A stretch of DNA of 63,697 bases, the filler included, from Neolecta irregularis DAH-3 (taxonomy: Eukaryota): assembly GCA_001929475.1 (NCBI GenBank). It is 10 parts of 10 records of this genome, joined end to end, with 100 filler letters (N's around TTAATTAATTAA, not from the genome) between each part and the next. Parts side by side here need not be neighbours in the genome. Positions count along the whole stretch, not along the records: positions 50,329 to 53,107 come from LXFE01003318.1; positions 53,208 to 55,113 come from LXFE01003323.1; positions 55,214 to 57,947 come from LXFE01003327.1; positions 58,048 to 62,387 come from LXFE01000361.1; positions 62,488 to 63,697 come from LXFE01003357.1; 5 more parts are not named here. One strand, written 5' to 3'. The notes under the pieces are model-generated. The model was not told the DNA's origin. It ran no database searches and saw only the letters and a list, made by a program, of their open reading frames with translations. The position numbers and the translations under genes were made by a program. Shown in pieces: positions 52,540 to 63,697 of the stretch (positions are counted from its first letter, which is position 1; the number at the start of each line of letters is the position of its first letter).

Positions 52540-53010
52540 GGCGGGCGGGCGAGCAAGGAGAGACGCGGGTGGGACGCAGGGCAGCGGCAGGGGCGGCGGC
52601 GGCAGGGGTTAAATACAGCTCAGGGGTAGAGAGTGCGCGCTAGTGGCAGCCAAGATCCGGCTTGGAAGGAGCGAGGGTGTGGCGGCGGAGTAAGGAGCGG
52701 AGAGCGGGCGGTGCTTTTTTGGTCCTCTCGCTGGGGAACCGGCGCGCTTTATAGCCAGGTCACCTTCGTGTGACTGGCGCGCGCCCGTGTGTTCCTGTGC
52801 CACCCCAGCGCCTGCGACGCGCGCGACGTGCCCGCGGTGCTCCGCACGCTACCCAGCCGCCCCCGCGCGCTGTTTCCCGCCCTGCGCAGCCCGTTGGATG
52901 ATTGCTCCCCGCCTTGTCCCGGCTACCCCTCAGCCTTTAGCCATTAGACCTCTCCTCCCGTCGCCTCTCCCACGCGCCTCCCCTCCGCTCCGCTACCCCA
53001 ACACCGACTC

Positions 53011-53107
53011 CTCTCCCACTGCCTTGTCCCCTCTCCCACTGCCTTGCCCCCTCTCCCACTGCCTTGTCCCCTCTCCCACTGCCTTGCCCTCTCTCCCATT
53101 GCCTTGT
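53011..53107 (+). repeat. Tandem repeat CTCTCCCACTGCCTTGYCCC about x5
   Basis: The 20-nt unit is visible up to the contig end. Confidence 0.88.
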
Positions 53108-53278
53108 NNNNNNNNNNNNNNNNNNNNNNNNNNNNNNNNNNNNNNNNNNNNTTAATTAATTAANNNNNNNNNNNNNNNNNNNNNNNNNNNNNNNNNNNNN
53201 NNNNNNNCGGCCCAGTCGGCGCCTCTTCACTATATTCACCCATCCGCCGTGTCCATCACATTCTATCCTCGAGAAGAC

Positions 53279-54122
<844 letters not shown>

Positions 54123-55213
54123 GTTGTGCGAGGGATGAATTCATTTTCCGCCTTGTGATATCGTTTATGATAGTTCCCTTCTTTAGGCTTCCGAGTATTG
54201 GAAATACATCTGTTCTGATTTCGTATCAAGGTGTTTGTTATCCCTTCTTTCTGAAACCTGTGCGGCATGGGTTTCAAAAGATCTTGATGGCATTTGCACA
54301 TGACGATTGTGATCCCCCTTTTCACTTTTCTCGGCCTACTCTTTTTTATGGTTTACGGATCTCACCTACGATCCATTTGCTAATCGTCATATCTGGCCCT
54401 CTGGACGTCCACTGTGTCTAACATACTGCTCGGCCAGGGAATAATCAATCAACCTATCGCGTTAGTAAAACTAGCTTGATGGAGCTCATTCTCCAATTGA
54501 TGTAGACCAGACTCAGTGAAAGAATTTATATTCGTCATTTAGGGAATGCAAACCTTAAAAATATCTTGAACATGACCAAATTTGTAAATATGGAACGATT
54601 CTTCTAGTCATCGCAGAGCAAATTTCGAAACCAAGTTGCGAAGACTAATGCACTGCCACTATGAGTGTAATTAGGAAAGGCGCAGGGGCAAGTCAAAATA
54701 AAATAAAATGATTTCTATGTGGCCATTTCTTTCGTTGGTGAAGTATGCTTCACATACTAACAAAGCTCACTCGAATCATCCTGATTACCGTGTCACGTGA
54801 TCACATGCAAATCTTGCGGGCATAACTTTGAGTAAATTGCAATCAATTCACAGTTGAACAACCAACTAACGTATTCAAACCAAACAAGGACTATCGGGAT
54901 CAGAATGTAAAGGCGGAACTAACTGTCTGCCAACAAATTCAATACAAGAAAGTCCATGGGGGACCTTTGAAGAAGCATCACATGGAAGAAACTGCCAAAC
55001 CGCTAACAGCCTGCCAGAGCACTCTCCAGGTGAGGAGTAAATGTAGACAGTGTTCCTAATAACTCAAATATAATAAACCAAATTCAAATATTTGCCAAAT
55101 AGCCAAATCAAATNNNNNNNNNNNNNNNNNNNNNNNNNNNNNNNNNNNNNNNNNNNNTTAATTAATTAANNNNNNNNNNNNNNNNNNNNNNNNNNNNNNN
55201 NNNNNNNNNNNNN

Positions 55214-56804
55214 CGGGCGGCATCGCCTGCGGGGGCGGCGCAGAGCCCCACGGATTGTGGGGCGCGGCAGGCAGTGCCTTTGCCTGGCGGGTTAGCGAGG
55301 CAGGGCAGAGCGGGACGAAGGCACCCAGGGATTCGCAGGCTGCGCCCACGGCGTCTGGCCGAGCGACTGCGCGGACCCGGCGTCGAGCAGGCGGCCGTCG
55401 CTGTGACCGCCGCCGCCGCCGCCGCCCAGCTCCTGCATCAGGCTCTCGTACTCGCGGTCGGCGGCACTGGTGATCTGGGCGGCGGCGCGGCGCTGGGCGT
55501 CGGGCTTCTCGGGACAGTCCTTCATGATGTGCCCGGCCTGGCCGCACGCGCGGCACACGATGTTTGCGCTGTAGTTGCGGATCTCGGGGCAGTCGTAGCG
55601 CCGGTGGCCGATGTTGCCGCCTGCGGTCGGTCAGCACAGTCAGCACAGCCGGCACAGCCAGCACAGCCAGCACAGCCGGCAGCGTACAGTTCTGGCACGT
55701 CTGGTTCTCGTCGTCGCGCAGCGTGCCGTTGAGCGTCGCCAGCTCGCGCAGCTGCGCCCGCTTCAGGTCGTTCTGCGTCTCCGGGATGCTCGCCGCCTGC
55801 TCCGTCAGCCGCCGCCGCCAGCCGCCAGCCGCACCGTCTCGATCACGTTCTGGATCAGCTCCACCGCCCGCTTGACCTTGTCCTCGTTGTCCGCCATCAC
55901 CAGGCAGTGCAGGTCCTCCTCCAGGTTCGAGCTCGTCGCCGCGTCGCTGCGCCCCTTGCCCTCCTTCACGCTACCCTTGCCGCGGATCGCAATCTTCGCC
56001 CCGCTGTCCGTCTCCATCTTCTTGAGCGTGTTGCCGCGCGGTCCGATCAAGAGCCCGACTGAGATAGAGAGTTAGTATGTTTATGCAGGGGAATAAGATG
56101 GACGAACTAAAGTTAATTTCTGGATACTGTGCTGTTAGCCGCGTAGCCAAAACCCCCACTTGCGTCGTTCACAGGGATGTAGATCTTTTCTTGCGTCTTC
56201 GTCGGCCGGCGGTAGTCCGCCGGCGGCTTGAAGTCGGGGATCGTCCGCATCGCCTTCTCAATGAGCCGGTGGCGCTCGTCCTCCAGCTTCTTGCGGTACC
56301 GCGACTCGCGCGTATTGATTCGCCGCCCAAAATTGTCGTACTGCGGCGGTGGCGACACAGACCGGCTGCATATCAGCCACATATGCAATACAACTCACCG
56401 GTCCTTCTCCGGCGGCGTCACGTCCCCGATCCGCAGCTTCTGCCCAATCTCCTCAAGCCGGATGTGCAGAGCATACGCTTCGATCTGCTCCGTCGTCATC
56501 GTCGACGTGATCGCAGTGGGCAGCCCGATCAGCCCCAGCGCCTTGTTGTCTTCGGCCGCGCCCCAGCGATTGCGCTTCTTCTTGACCCGGCCAGAACGCA
56601 CAGGCGACCGTCCTCGGATTTGCCCGTTGGCCGCCACTGCCGGCGGAGGAGGGGCCGCGCGAGTCTGAACGTGCGGCGCAGGTGCCTCGTCCATCTCGTC
56701 AAACCCTCGACGACGGCCCAGCGGAATATTGTTCGTTCCTGTGATGCCTAACTGCTTAGTACTGCGCACAGGAAAGGCCTGCCTTGGGATGCGCGCCAGG
56801 ACAT
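55214..56804 (-). CDS. MSL5: Branch-point binding protein Msl5/BBP/SF1 (multi-exon; 3' end cut by the linker)
   Basis: [25 protein letters not shown]2 (YPEINF|..[34 protein letters not shown]) and two zinc knuckles. Confidence 0.95.
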
Positions 56805-56999
56805 GGTGGTGGAGGCAGGAAGAGCAACCACCCACGCAAAGTTTGCTCACCGCTTTCCACACCTCGCTTTGTTTCTGTCTTTTATATTGTCCTAGATAAT
56901 ATTCGTATATTACATCAAATATTATGTATATCATCTTTTCTCCATCACTTTTCCCCATCCATATTCTGACTTTTTCCCTAGCTTCCTCCCCTATCCATC

Positions 57000-57336
57000 A
57001 TGTCCTCTGGCTTCGGCATCCACAACGCCAGCCCCCCGCGGTGCCATCGTTTTTTCCAAGAATTCACAGCTTGCTTTGCCAGTCGCGACAATCCAAGAGA
57101 TTGCCAGCCATTCCACCAAGACTACTTTGAATGTCTCCACGGAAGAAAAGCTGTACCTACCTACCTCTGCCTTACTCATCGCAGAAAGGACGACATTTGC
57201 GTGTCGTCGAAGAAACCCTGAGAAGCCAAAAATCTACAAGAGACCGCATACAGAATGCCTTGGATGGCCACAGTGGCTTGGTATCGTCCCGTAATTCCTT
57301 CTTGACTCTTAGGGCTTAATTGATCGCCCCGAATAG
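57000..57336 (+). CDS. NDUFS5: NADH:ubiquinone oxidoreductase subunit NDUFS5 (twin CX9C)
   Basis: MSSGFG..RCHRFFQEFTAC..DCQPFHQDYFECLH; the last exon and stop are uncertain (57319 or 57336). Confidence 0.82.
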
Positions 57337-57347
57337 TATCTTTTGTT

Positions 57348-57449
57348 GATCCGTGCTGTGCGTTCTGTGGTATCACTGTATATTCAATGTTGATCCGTGC
57401 TGTGCGTTCTGTGGACCTGTATATTCATGATCCGTGCTGTGCGTTCTGT
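57348..57449 (+). repeat. Direct repeat GATCCGTGCTGTGCGTTCTGT x3 in the NDUFS5 3' region
   Basis: Three copies with variable spacers. Confidence 0.8.
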
Positions 57450-57570
57450 ACTTTCTCATCTCTGATTACCCTAACCCAACCCAACCGTAATTGTAGGTTA
57501 TTTAGGTGAACAGATGTGGATTTATTACTATCAGAAATTGTTCACATCTATAGAAACTGTATCCTATTCA

Positions 57571-57947
57571 TCAAGCCCATATTTCTCTTCTACCCGGAAC
57601 AGGCAGCTTCGTTAGGACCCATTTTTGCATAATTTCTTTACTGAATTTGGCATTGTCCATCTGCAATTAGTAGAGCTTGCATAAGTATCTACCTCTCCAC
57701 ATGCCTTTGCAATCTCACCAAGTTCGCCCTTGACGCGTTCCAATGCATTTAAAGTGCTAGTCTCTGCTGCGCTGGGATCTAGCTCGAGCTTGCCGTTAGA
57801 TAAACATAGCTATTCAAGTACAAGATCTGATAAAGAGGACACCGCCGTTCGTCGTCTATAGCAGATTGCATCTCTAGTGTAGGAAATAGGTTTATAGGAC
57901 GATTCTTTATTCAGCCATTTCCCATCGTTTATAAGGCTGACAATTCC
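57571..57947 (-). CDS. 3' exons of an unidentified spliced gene (5' end cut by the linker)
   Basis: Open exons joined by GT-AG introns: ..DGKWLNKESSYKPISYTRDAICYRRRT|LCLSNGKLELDP..GEIAKACGE|MDNAKFSKEIMQKWVLTKLPVPGRREIWA*. Confidence 0.5.
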
Positions 57948-58232
57948 NNNNNNNNNNNNNNNNNNNNNNNNNNNNNNNNNNNNNNNNNNNNTTAATTAAT
58001 TAANNNNNNNNNNNNNNNNNNNNNNNNNNNNNNNNNNNNNNNNNNNNATAGTTAGGTATGGTAGTTAGCAAGCTATTTAAATAAGGAAGGTCCCTTATTG
58101 ACATGTGCTTGTGCGACATCACATGTAACGTTGCACAACATTGTGTTAAGTTACACCACTATGTACCAAGTAACACTATGTAGGACAAAGATAATGAAAT
58201 GTAGTAAGCATATCTAGGGTCATATGCTTACA

Positions 58233-58521
58233 GCGAACCTCACTTCAAGTACCCATATGCCTAAAGGCATCTAGGTATTGTGTAATCCAATAATAAAAAT
58301 ATATAGGGGGATCCCTGAGCCTGGATCATTCTCTGAGACAGGGGCGCCTATGACACAGGGGCACCCCTGGGCCAGGGGTGGACTATTAGCCAGGGGCAGT
58401 ACCTGAGACAGGGGCCCACTATTAACCCGGGGCAATTCCTGAGACAGGGGGCCTATAGGATAGGGGCAGCTATGGCTATATAAGCCACTATAAGGAGGCT
58501 TAATTAGCCATCATCCTTACA
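58233..58521 (-). repeat. Left copy of a ~285-bp repeat (solo-LTR-like or long TIR), inverted relative to 61308-61592
   Basis: Its reverse complement aligns end to end with 61308-61592; starts TGTAAGG on the minus strand; internal GAGACAGGGG subrepeats. Confidence 0.85.
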
Positions 58522-58738
58522 AATATAAGGTCTTTGTTTAAGTGTTTACCACCACAGTACCTTAAATCTATGGTCTACTTTGACCAACCAGACCAAGCAA
58601 TCTTGTGGTCTAGACCAACCATACCAGAGGTCCTGGTCTGGTCAGTCTGGTTGATTAAGAATACTGCCTGCAAGCTCACCTATTCTCAAAATTTAATTTT
58701 TATATTTTTTTACTATTTCTAATTATTTTTATTATTAT

Positions 58739-60856
58739 TTACTCTTCTGGGGTAGTATCAATTGCTAGATGAATTGGATTAAATATACTGCTACCTGGTC
58801 CAACAGCTACTGGTGATTTAATTTGAAGTATATTTGCTATTTTGAAAAACTCTATGGTAATCTAAAAACTATAAGCCAATCAACTTTTAGGTTAAATGTA
58901 CTAAATTCTGTCTAGTTGCTCTTAGTGATTCCTTGATAGTCCAGTTTGTTTGGTGCCAATATCTTATTACAATTTCTATTGATAGATTTGGATTTATAAT
59001 ATTTGTTTGTATTTTTAAAATACCTTTGAAATGATTTGGATACTTTTGAAGGAATATAGTTAGATGTTCTTTTAGTTTGCTTATTTGCATAAAGGTTATA
59101 GGTGAACAAATTTGAGTAAATACTTCTCCCAGATTATGTGATTGTGTATAATTAATTACATTATACATCTGGATAAATGTATAGCTAATTGAAATATAAG
59201 TTCCATTAGTTTGTTGTATAATAATACTAAATAAGTTAATTTCTATAATATATCCTTGAAAAAAGTTTTCATTATAAATTTTATCATATGCCCATGGAGA
59301 ATGAATTGTTGTGATAAGCTCAGATTTATTAATTGCAATCATATCTCCTATACTTCAAAATTAATTATTTTTACTTTTCAACATAAATAATTTACCAAAA
59401 ATTTGTCATTTGAAATAGTTTTAAAATAGTTTGAGTAAAAGGATTAAGGAGTAATATAATAGTAATTAGAGTTAGTCCAAAATATATCAAATGCAGCCAA
59501 TTTGACTTAATCCAAGCTAAAAGAAGAAGGAAAGTTAGAATTATAATAATCTATAATTTTAGAAAAATCTTTTATTTTTCTTATCAACCATTAATCCTAT
59601 TGTAATATAGTAGATTAACTGTTTAAAAAGGGTTGGTATTTGATCAATATCCAAAAGAGTACAAAATTTATTATAGTTATTGCTAGTATATATCTTCAAA
59701 ATTAGAGACTAATAACCTCCATAGATCTATACTATAGAGTTAATAAAATCATCTTTAGTAGCAACAAGAAGTTCAATATTTTGTTCATAATACTTTAGTA
59801 ATTAATATAAGTCATTGAAAATTATAAATACATCAGTAAGATATTTAAAGACCCTGGAACAATTCTTTGGATTTGGAAAACAGTAAGTTAAATTTGGTGA
59901 AGAAAGAGTAATATTCCTAAATATAAGAAATAGATATTGTTAATTTGAAAATCAAATACCTTTGTCCTTGTTCTTGACAGAGACCAAGAAAGCAAAAAGA
60001 AGCAAATCTTTTTGCTCCTTCTTTTGTTTGAAGAAGTTTTTCTACTATTACTTGAGTTTTATTAATATTATTTAAGTTAAAAGTAGTTTCTTTTATATTG
60101 TAGTCTTGTTCCAATTCAATTAATAATTCTTTCAGTTTTCCTAAGTGATTGGGCATATATCTACTTTGTGAAAATTTCTTTTCAGATTGCTGTAACTGAA
60201 TATTAATATATAAGAAAATTTGAGTTAAAACTTGAATTTGGAAATAATAGTATACTAGTTCAACCTTTGAAGATCTCTTTTGAAATTTAAAAACCCTAGA
60301 AAACTTCAGAAATATATGTTAGAAAAGAAGCTAAATACTGAATATGTATAAATAATCTTAATAAAGTAGATAAAGTAAGAAGACATAATGCAATAAGTAC
60401 TTCTTTCTGATTTAAGAAAAAACTATATACCTTAGTTGAACCACCTAAATAAGTTGAAAAGAGAATTGAAATTTGTAATTCAGGATTTCTAACTATTCAG
60501 AACATATATATATAGGTTTATATTATATACCTTTGATATAATAATATTAAGTAGAATGCTAGGTACCAAATAGAGCATGCTAGTTGTATTCTTAAATTTT
60601 TGGCAATATATTTATATCTTTGTTGATAAGCATTGCCTTTCAAGGCCTTGCAAACAAGAAATGGAATAATAAAGGTTGTAAAAAGCATTATAAAAGGGAA
60701 AGAACTAACCAAGTAAATAAGTTTGAGTATTACCATAGCAGAATGATATTCTTCTAATTTATAGATTATTTTCTCATAGACTATATGCAAAGGAACTAAT
60801 AGAAGAAGAGGAATAAAATATTCAAGAATCCTACAAAATGAAAGGTAATACTGCAT
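58739..60856 (-). pseudogene. Degenerate MscS-like (Msy1/Msy2-type) mechanosensitive channel pseudogene
   Basis: N-terminal TM segments; IVEKLLQTKEGAKRFA, CFPNPKNCSRVF..ATKDDFINSIV*, GYIIEINLFSIIIQQTNG..INYTQS..ISKLKEHLTIFLQKYPNHF..YWHQTNW align by eye to the fungal MscS-like core; multiple stops; GT-AG introns retained. Confidence 0.65.
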
Positions 60857-61592
60857 ATGAAATTGCTTTCTAGATGTAGAGAATCAAAGAATCAAAGTGA
60901 GATAATTATCAATGTTATGATAATCTTACTAGAATTAAAAAACTAGTATATAGTATGGTGAGTATAAGGAGATTACTCTAGTGGTTAGTATGAATACAAT
61001 ATATAATCTAGTGGTGGAAGGTTATGGAAGGTAATTGAATAAGCTACTATATTATGTAACCACTAATTAGTGGCCTTATTGTATTATAAGTAGATAGGCT
61101 GACCTTGCTAGGAACCTTATCTTGATATAAGAGTACTAATGAATCAGGTATATAGAATAAAGGTCTTCACACTAGAGTACTGATGAGTTAGCCCTTCAAA
61201 GATATATGGTATCTCTAGACAGCTAGGATCCACCAAAGGTAACACAGGCCTGATCAGGTTATACAAGGAGTACTAGTGGATCTTGTGTAACACTCAAGGC
61301 TGTGTTGTGTAAGGATAATGGCTAACCAGGTTTCCTTACAGTGGCTTATATAGCCACAAGTACCCTTATCCTACTGGCTCCCCTGTCTCAGGAATTCCCC
61401 TGGTTAATAGTAGGCTCCTGTCTCAGGTACTACCCCTGGCTAATAGTCTGCCCCTTGCCCAGGGGTGCCCCTGTGTCATAGGTGCCCCTGTTTCAGAGAG
61501 TGATCCAGACTCAGGGATCCCCTATATATATTTATTATTAGATTACACAGTATCCAGATACCTCTAGGCATATGGGTACTTGGGAGTGAGGT

Positions 61593-62034
61593 CAGTGTTA
61601 GGGATGGACTGTGCCAGTGGCTTGGTCCTAGCACCCTTGGGCATTAATAGGAAGTGTGATCAGGGTAGTATTGGCAACAATATGAAAAGATATATCATAT
61701 ATTATATATTATGTAATATGATATATAGTCCTTTTGTATAATAATGTAACTATTTAATTTTTGTCACATCATATAAGATAAACTTTTTGATTGTGTGATA
61801 ATATTATAACATTTTTATACTACCAAAAACACATAGTTCATATTGTTTCTAACACAAGGTTACAAAATGAAAAAATATTATAGTATATCATAAAATACAA
61901 AAACTGATGTCAGATTTTCATATTGTTGCCAACACTGGATCAGGGGAGTTACCTAAGCTGCCTGTCTTCCAATTGTTAATTCAGGCCCATGGATATGATG
62001 CCTACGCTACTGGTACAGTCCATCCCCAACACTG
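61593..62034. mobile_element. hAT-family MITE (outer), 442 bp including a nested insert
   Basis: TIRs CAGTGTTAGGGATGGACTGTGCCAGT and ACTGGTACAGTCCATCCCCAACACTG; perfect 8-bp TSD AGTGAGGT at 61585-61592 and 62035-62042. Confidence 0.9.
61666..61937. mobile_element. hAT-family MITE (inner, nested), 272 bp
   Basis: TIRs TAGTATTGGCAACAATATGAAAA and TTTTCATATTGTTGCCAACACTG; perfect 8-bp TSD GATCAGGG at 61658-61665 and 61938-61945. Confidence 0.9.
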
Positions 62035-62241
62035 AGTGAGGTTCACTCAGCATGTCACATAATCTGAGATCAGGAGATGCTAGTTATGCACCTTAATATT
62101 GTCACTATTAATTAAGCAACCAAGCCAAGGAATAAGGTTGCTAATTAATAGATATTGCAAGTACCCAAAGGGATACTCACAAGATTTTTTACCAGACTCA
62201 CCAACATACCCCCAGAAGATAGAGGAACCCAACAGCAACTC

Positions 62242-62387
62242 CAGTGTTGGCAATAATATAAATAATACAATATTCCCAATATAAAAAGGTGAAAATATTA
62301 TCATGATATCAAAAAGTATATATTATATCATCACAATATATATTTAAAGGTCAAAATATTATCACAATATCAAAAATTCCACATTAT
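62242..62387. mobile_element. Left end of another hAT MITE related to the inner element (truncated by the linker)
   Basis: Begins CAGTGTTGGCAATAATATAAA, then AT-rich ATCACAATAT subrepeats like those of the inner MITE. Confidence 0.6.
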
Positions 62388-62706
62388 NNNNNNNNNNNNN
62401 NNNNNNNNNNNNNNNNNNNNNNNNNNNNNNNTTAATTAATTAANNNNNNNNNNNNNNNNNNNNNNNNNNNNNNNNNNNNNNNNNNNNAATAACATACTAT
62501 GTCTAACGGAAAAATGCTGGTAGTCTAGTAATAAGTCCCGAAATTAGGGGACCGGACATTTCAAAAAACTGCAAACGTGATGGAGATTAAATGGTCTGAG
62601 ATACGTGATCATGGCATCAAGANNNNNNNNNNATCTCTTCAACAGCATCAGTTCGTTCATCAAGTGCTCTACAAATTAGTCATTCTGAATTACTGANNNN
62701 NNNNNN

Positions 62707-63697
62707 TCTCTTCAACAGCATCAGTTCGTTCATCAAGTGCTCTACAAATTAGTCATTCTGAATTACTGAAAAATTTACCGTCTATCTGTAAGAGGTCTAC
62801 CCACCCATCCTCGTAGCAATCTCCTTCCAAACTTTGTAATGGTATGATCCAAAACCCAGAATAAACTCCCCCTGTCAGTAAAATCGGTTTGATTGCGGTA
62901 GATTTCGAGATTCGATATTGTGTTCCCATTCAATAACATACTATGTTTAACGGAAAAATGCTGGTAGTCTAGTAATAAGTCCCGAAATTAGGGGACCGGG
63001 CATTTCAAAAAACTGCAAACGTGATGGAGATTAAATGGTCTGAGATACGTGATCATGGCATCAAGACATACACTGCAGAGTCAGAAAAGATGGCACCAAG
63101 GTAGCATTTACAGGATACTTTCTGGGTACTCCAGGATTGTTTCGTTTGAATCTCGAATTAATTGAACTCCCAGTTATCAAGTTGTACCTTTATTATAAGA
63201 CATTTGACTGGATTCTTCATCTGTGTTGGTGAAGAATTCCGAAACTCGTTTGACAGCTTCTTCAAATGAGGCAGGGTTTTCAATTCGCTCAAGTCTGACC
63301 TGATCCCCCAAACAGCTTCTTAAAAATTAGAATTATTCTGGAACCCTACATACGAGTTTTCAACGAGCTGTTTAACCAATTTTTCTGTCGTATGAGATAG
63401 AATTCCAAGCGTAATCATTTCACACGGCTGTAAATGCAAAAGACGTGTCTCCAATTCCGATCTCAGAAAACCATCTTCAAATTCATCAAATATGATATCC
63501 CCTGTAGAGGGCTGAACAGCCACAAACGAAATCATGACCTTATCCGCCTTTGAAATTTCAAAGAGTGTCATTAAATAACCGGTTGTTGGAGCCAAGGATG
63601 TATCGTCGACAGACACATCATCGATTAGAGTTCCTTTCGTATATAAATTTGTTAGTTTTCGTTCGAAAAGCTTATTCTTGGTATCGCTCGAAGCCTT
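62707..63697 (-). CDS. MSH3: DNA mismatch-repair protein Msh3, internal fragment (62488-62696 are duplicated pieces)
   Basis: [89 protein letters not shown]. Confidence 0.9.

Larger units (their letters stand above)
61308..62059 (+). repeat. Right copy of the ~285-bp repeat (TGTAAGG..possibly ..TCACA), interrupted by a hAT MITE at 61593-62034
   Basis: Homology to the left copy resumes after the MITE target-site duplication (AGTGAGGTTCACT versus AGTGAGGTTCGCT). Confidence 0.75.

Noticed and set aside
57348-57449. Three direct repeats with spacers, superficially CRISPR-like
   Set aside because: Eukaryotic context, spacers short and related to each other, no cas genes; a simple tandem duplication.
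58555-58666. CAGTA..TACTG-bounded segment with GACCA/TGGTC subrepeats
   Set aside because: Possibly an old MITE, but the TIRs are poor and no TSD is seen.
62488-62622. Apparent duplicated MSH3 exon (copy of about 62931-63065)
   Set aside because: Flanked by N gaps and nearly identical; assembly artefact.

Overview
Gene-dense fungal genomic DNA with very short introns (mostly about 34-50 nt). The proteins resemble fission-yeast and filamentous-ascomycete proteins, so a compact Taphrinomycotina-like genome such as Neolecta is inferred, not proven. The window is ten contigs joined by nine artificial 100-nt N44-TTAATTAATTAA-N44 linkers, so adjacency across a linker means nothing. About 27 spliced genes can be read: eIF5, Ecl1, Vps72, Puf1/2, CBS, Sin1, Tip41, WBP2-like, Sec3, Srp40, PLAC8, Bud2-like RasGAP, Cyp40, a GH3 glucosidase, a 5'-nucleotidase, an SDR, Ten1, EZH2/E(z), Fic1, DUF3844, Ntr2, Tos1, Rab11, Msl5/BBP, NDUFS5, Msh3 and one unknown fragment. 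There are also hAT, PIF/Harbinger and pogo MITEs or remnants. The most notable observations are: (i) a CpG-depleted 4.3-kb contig in which an intron-containing MscS-like channel pseudogene lies between two inverted ~285-bp repeats, with nested hAT MITEs, suggesting a methylation- or RIP-like defence; (ii) a PRC2 catalytic subunit with intact catalytic motifs; (iii) frequent GC-AG introns, two of them in the branch-point binding protein gene; (iv) a CBS without its regulatory Bateman domain. Exon boundaries were inferred by eye. No tRNA, rRNA or CRISPR array was seen.
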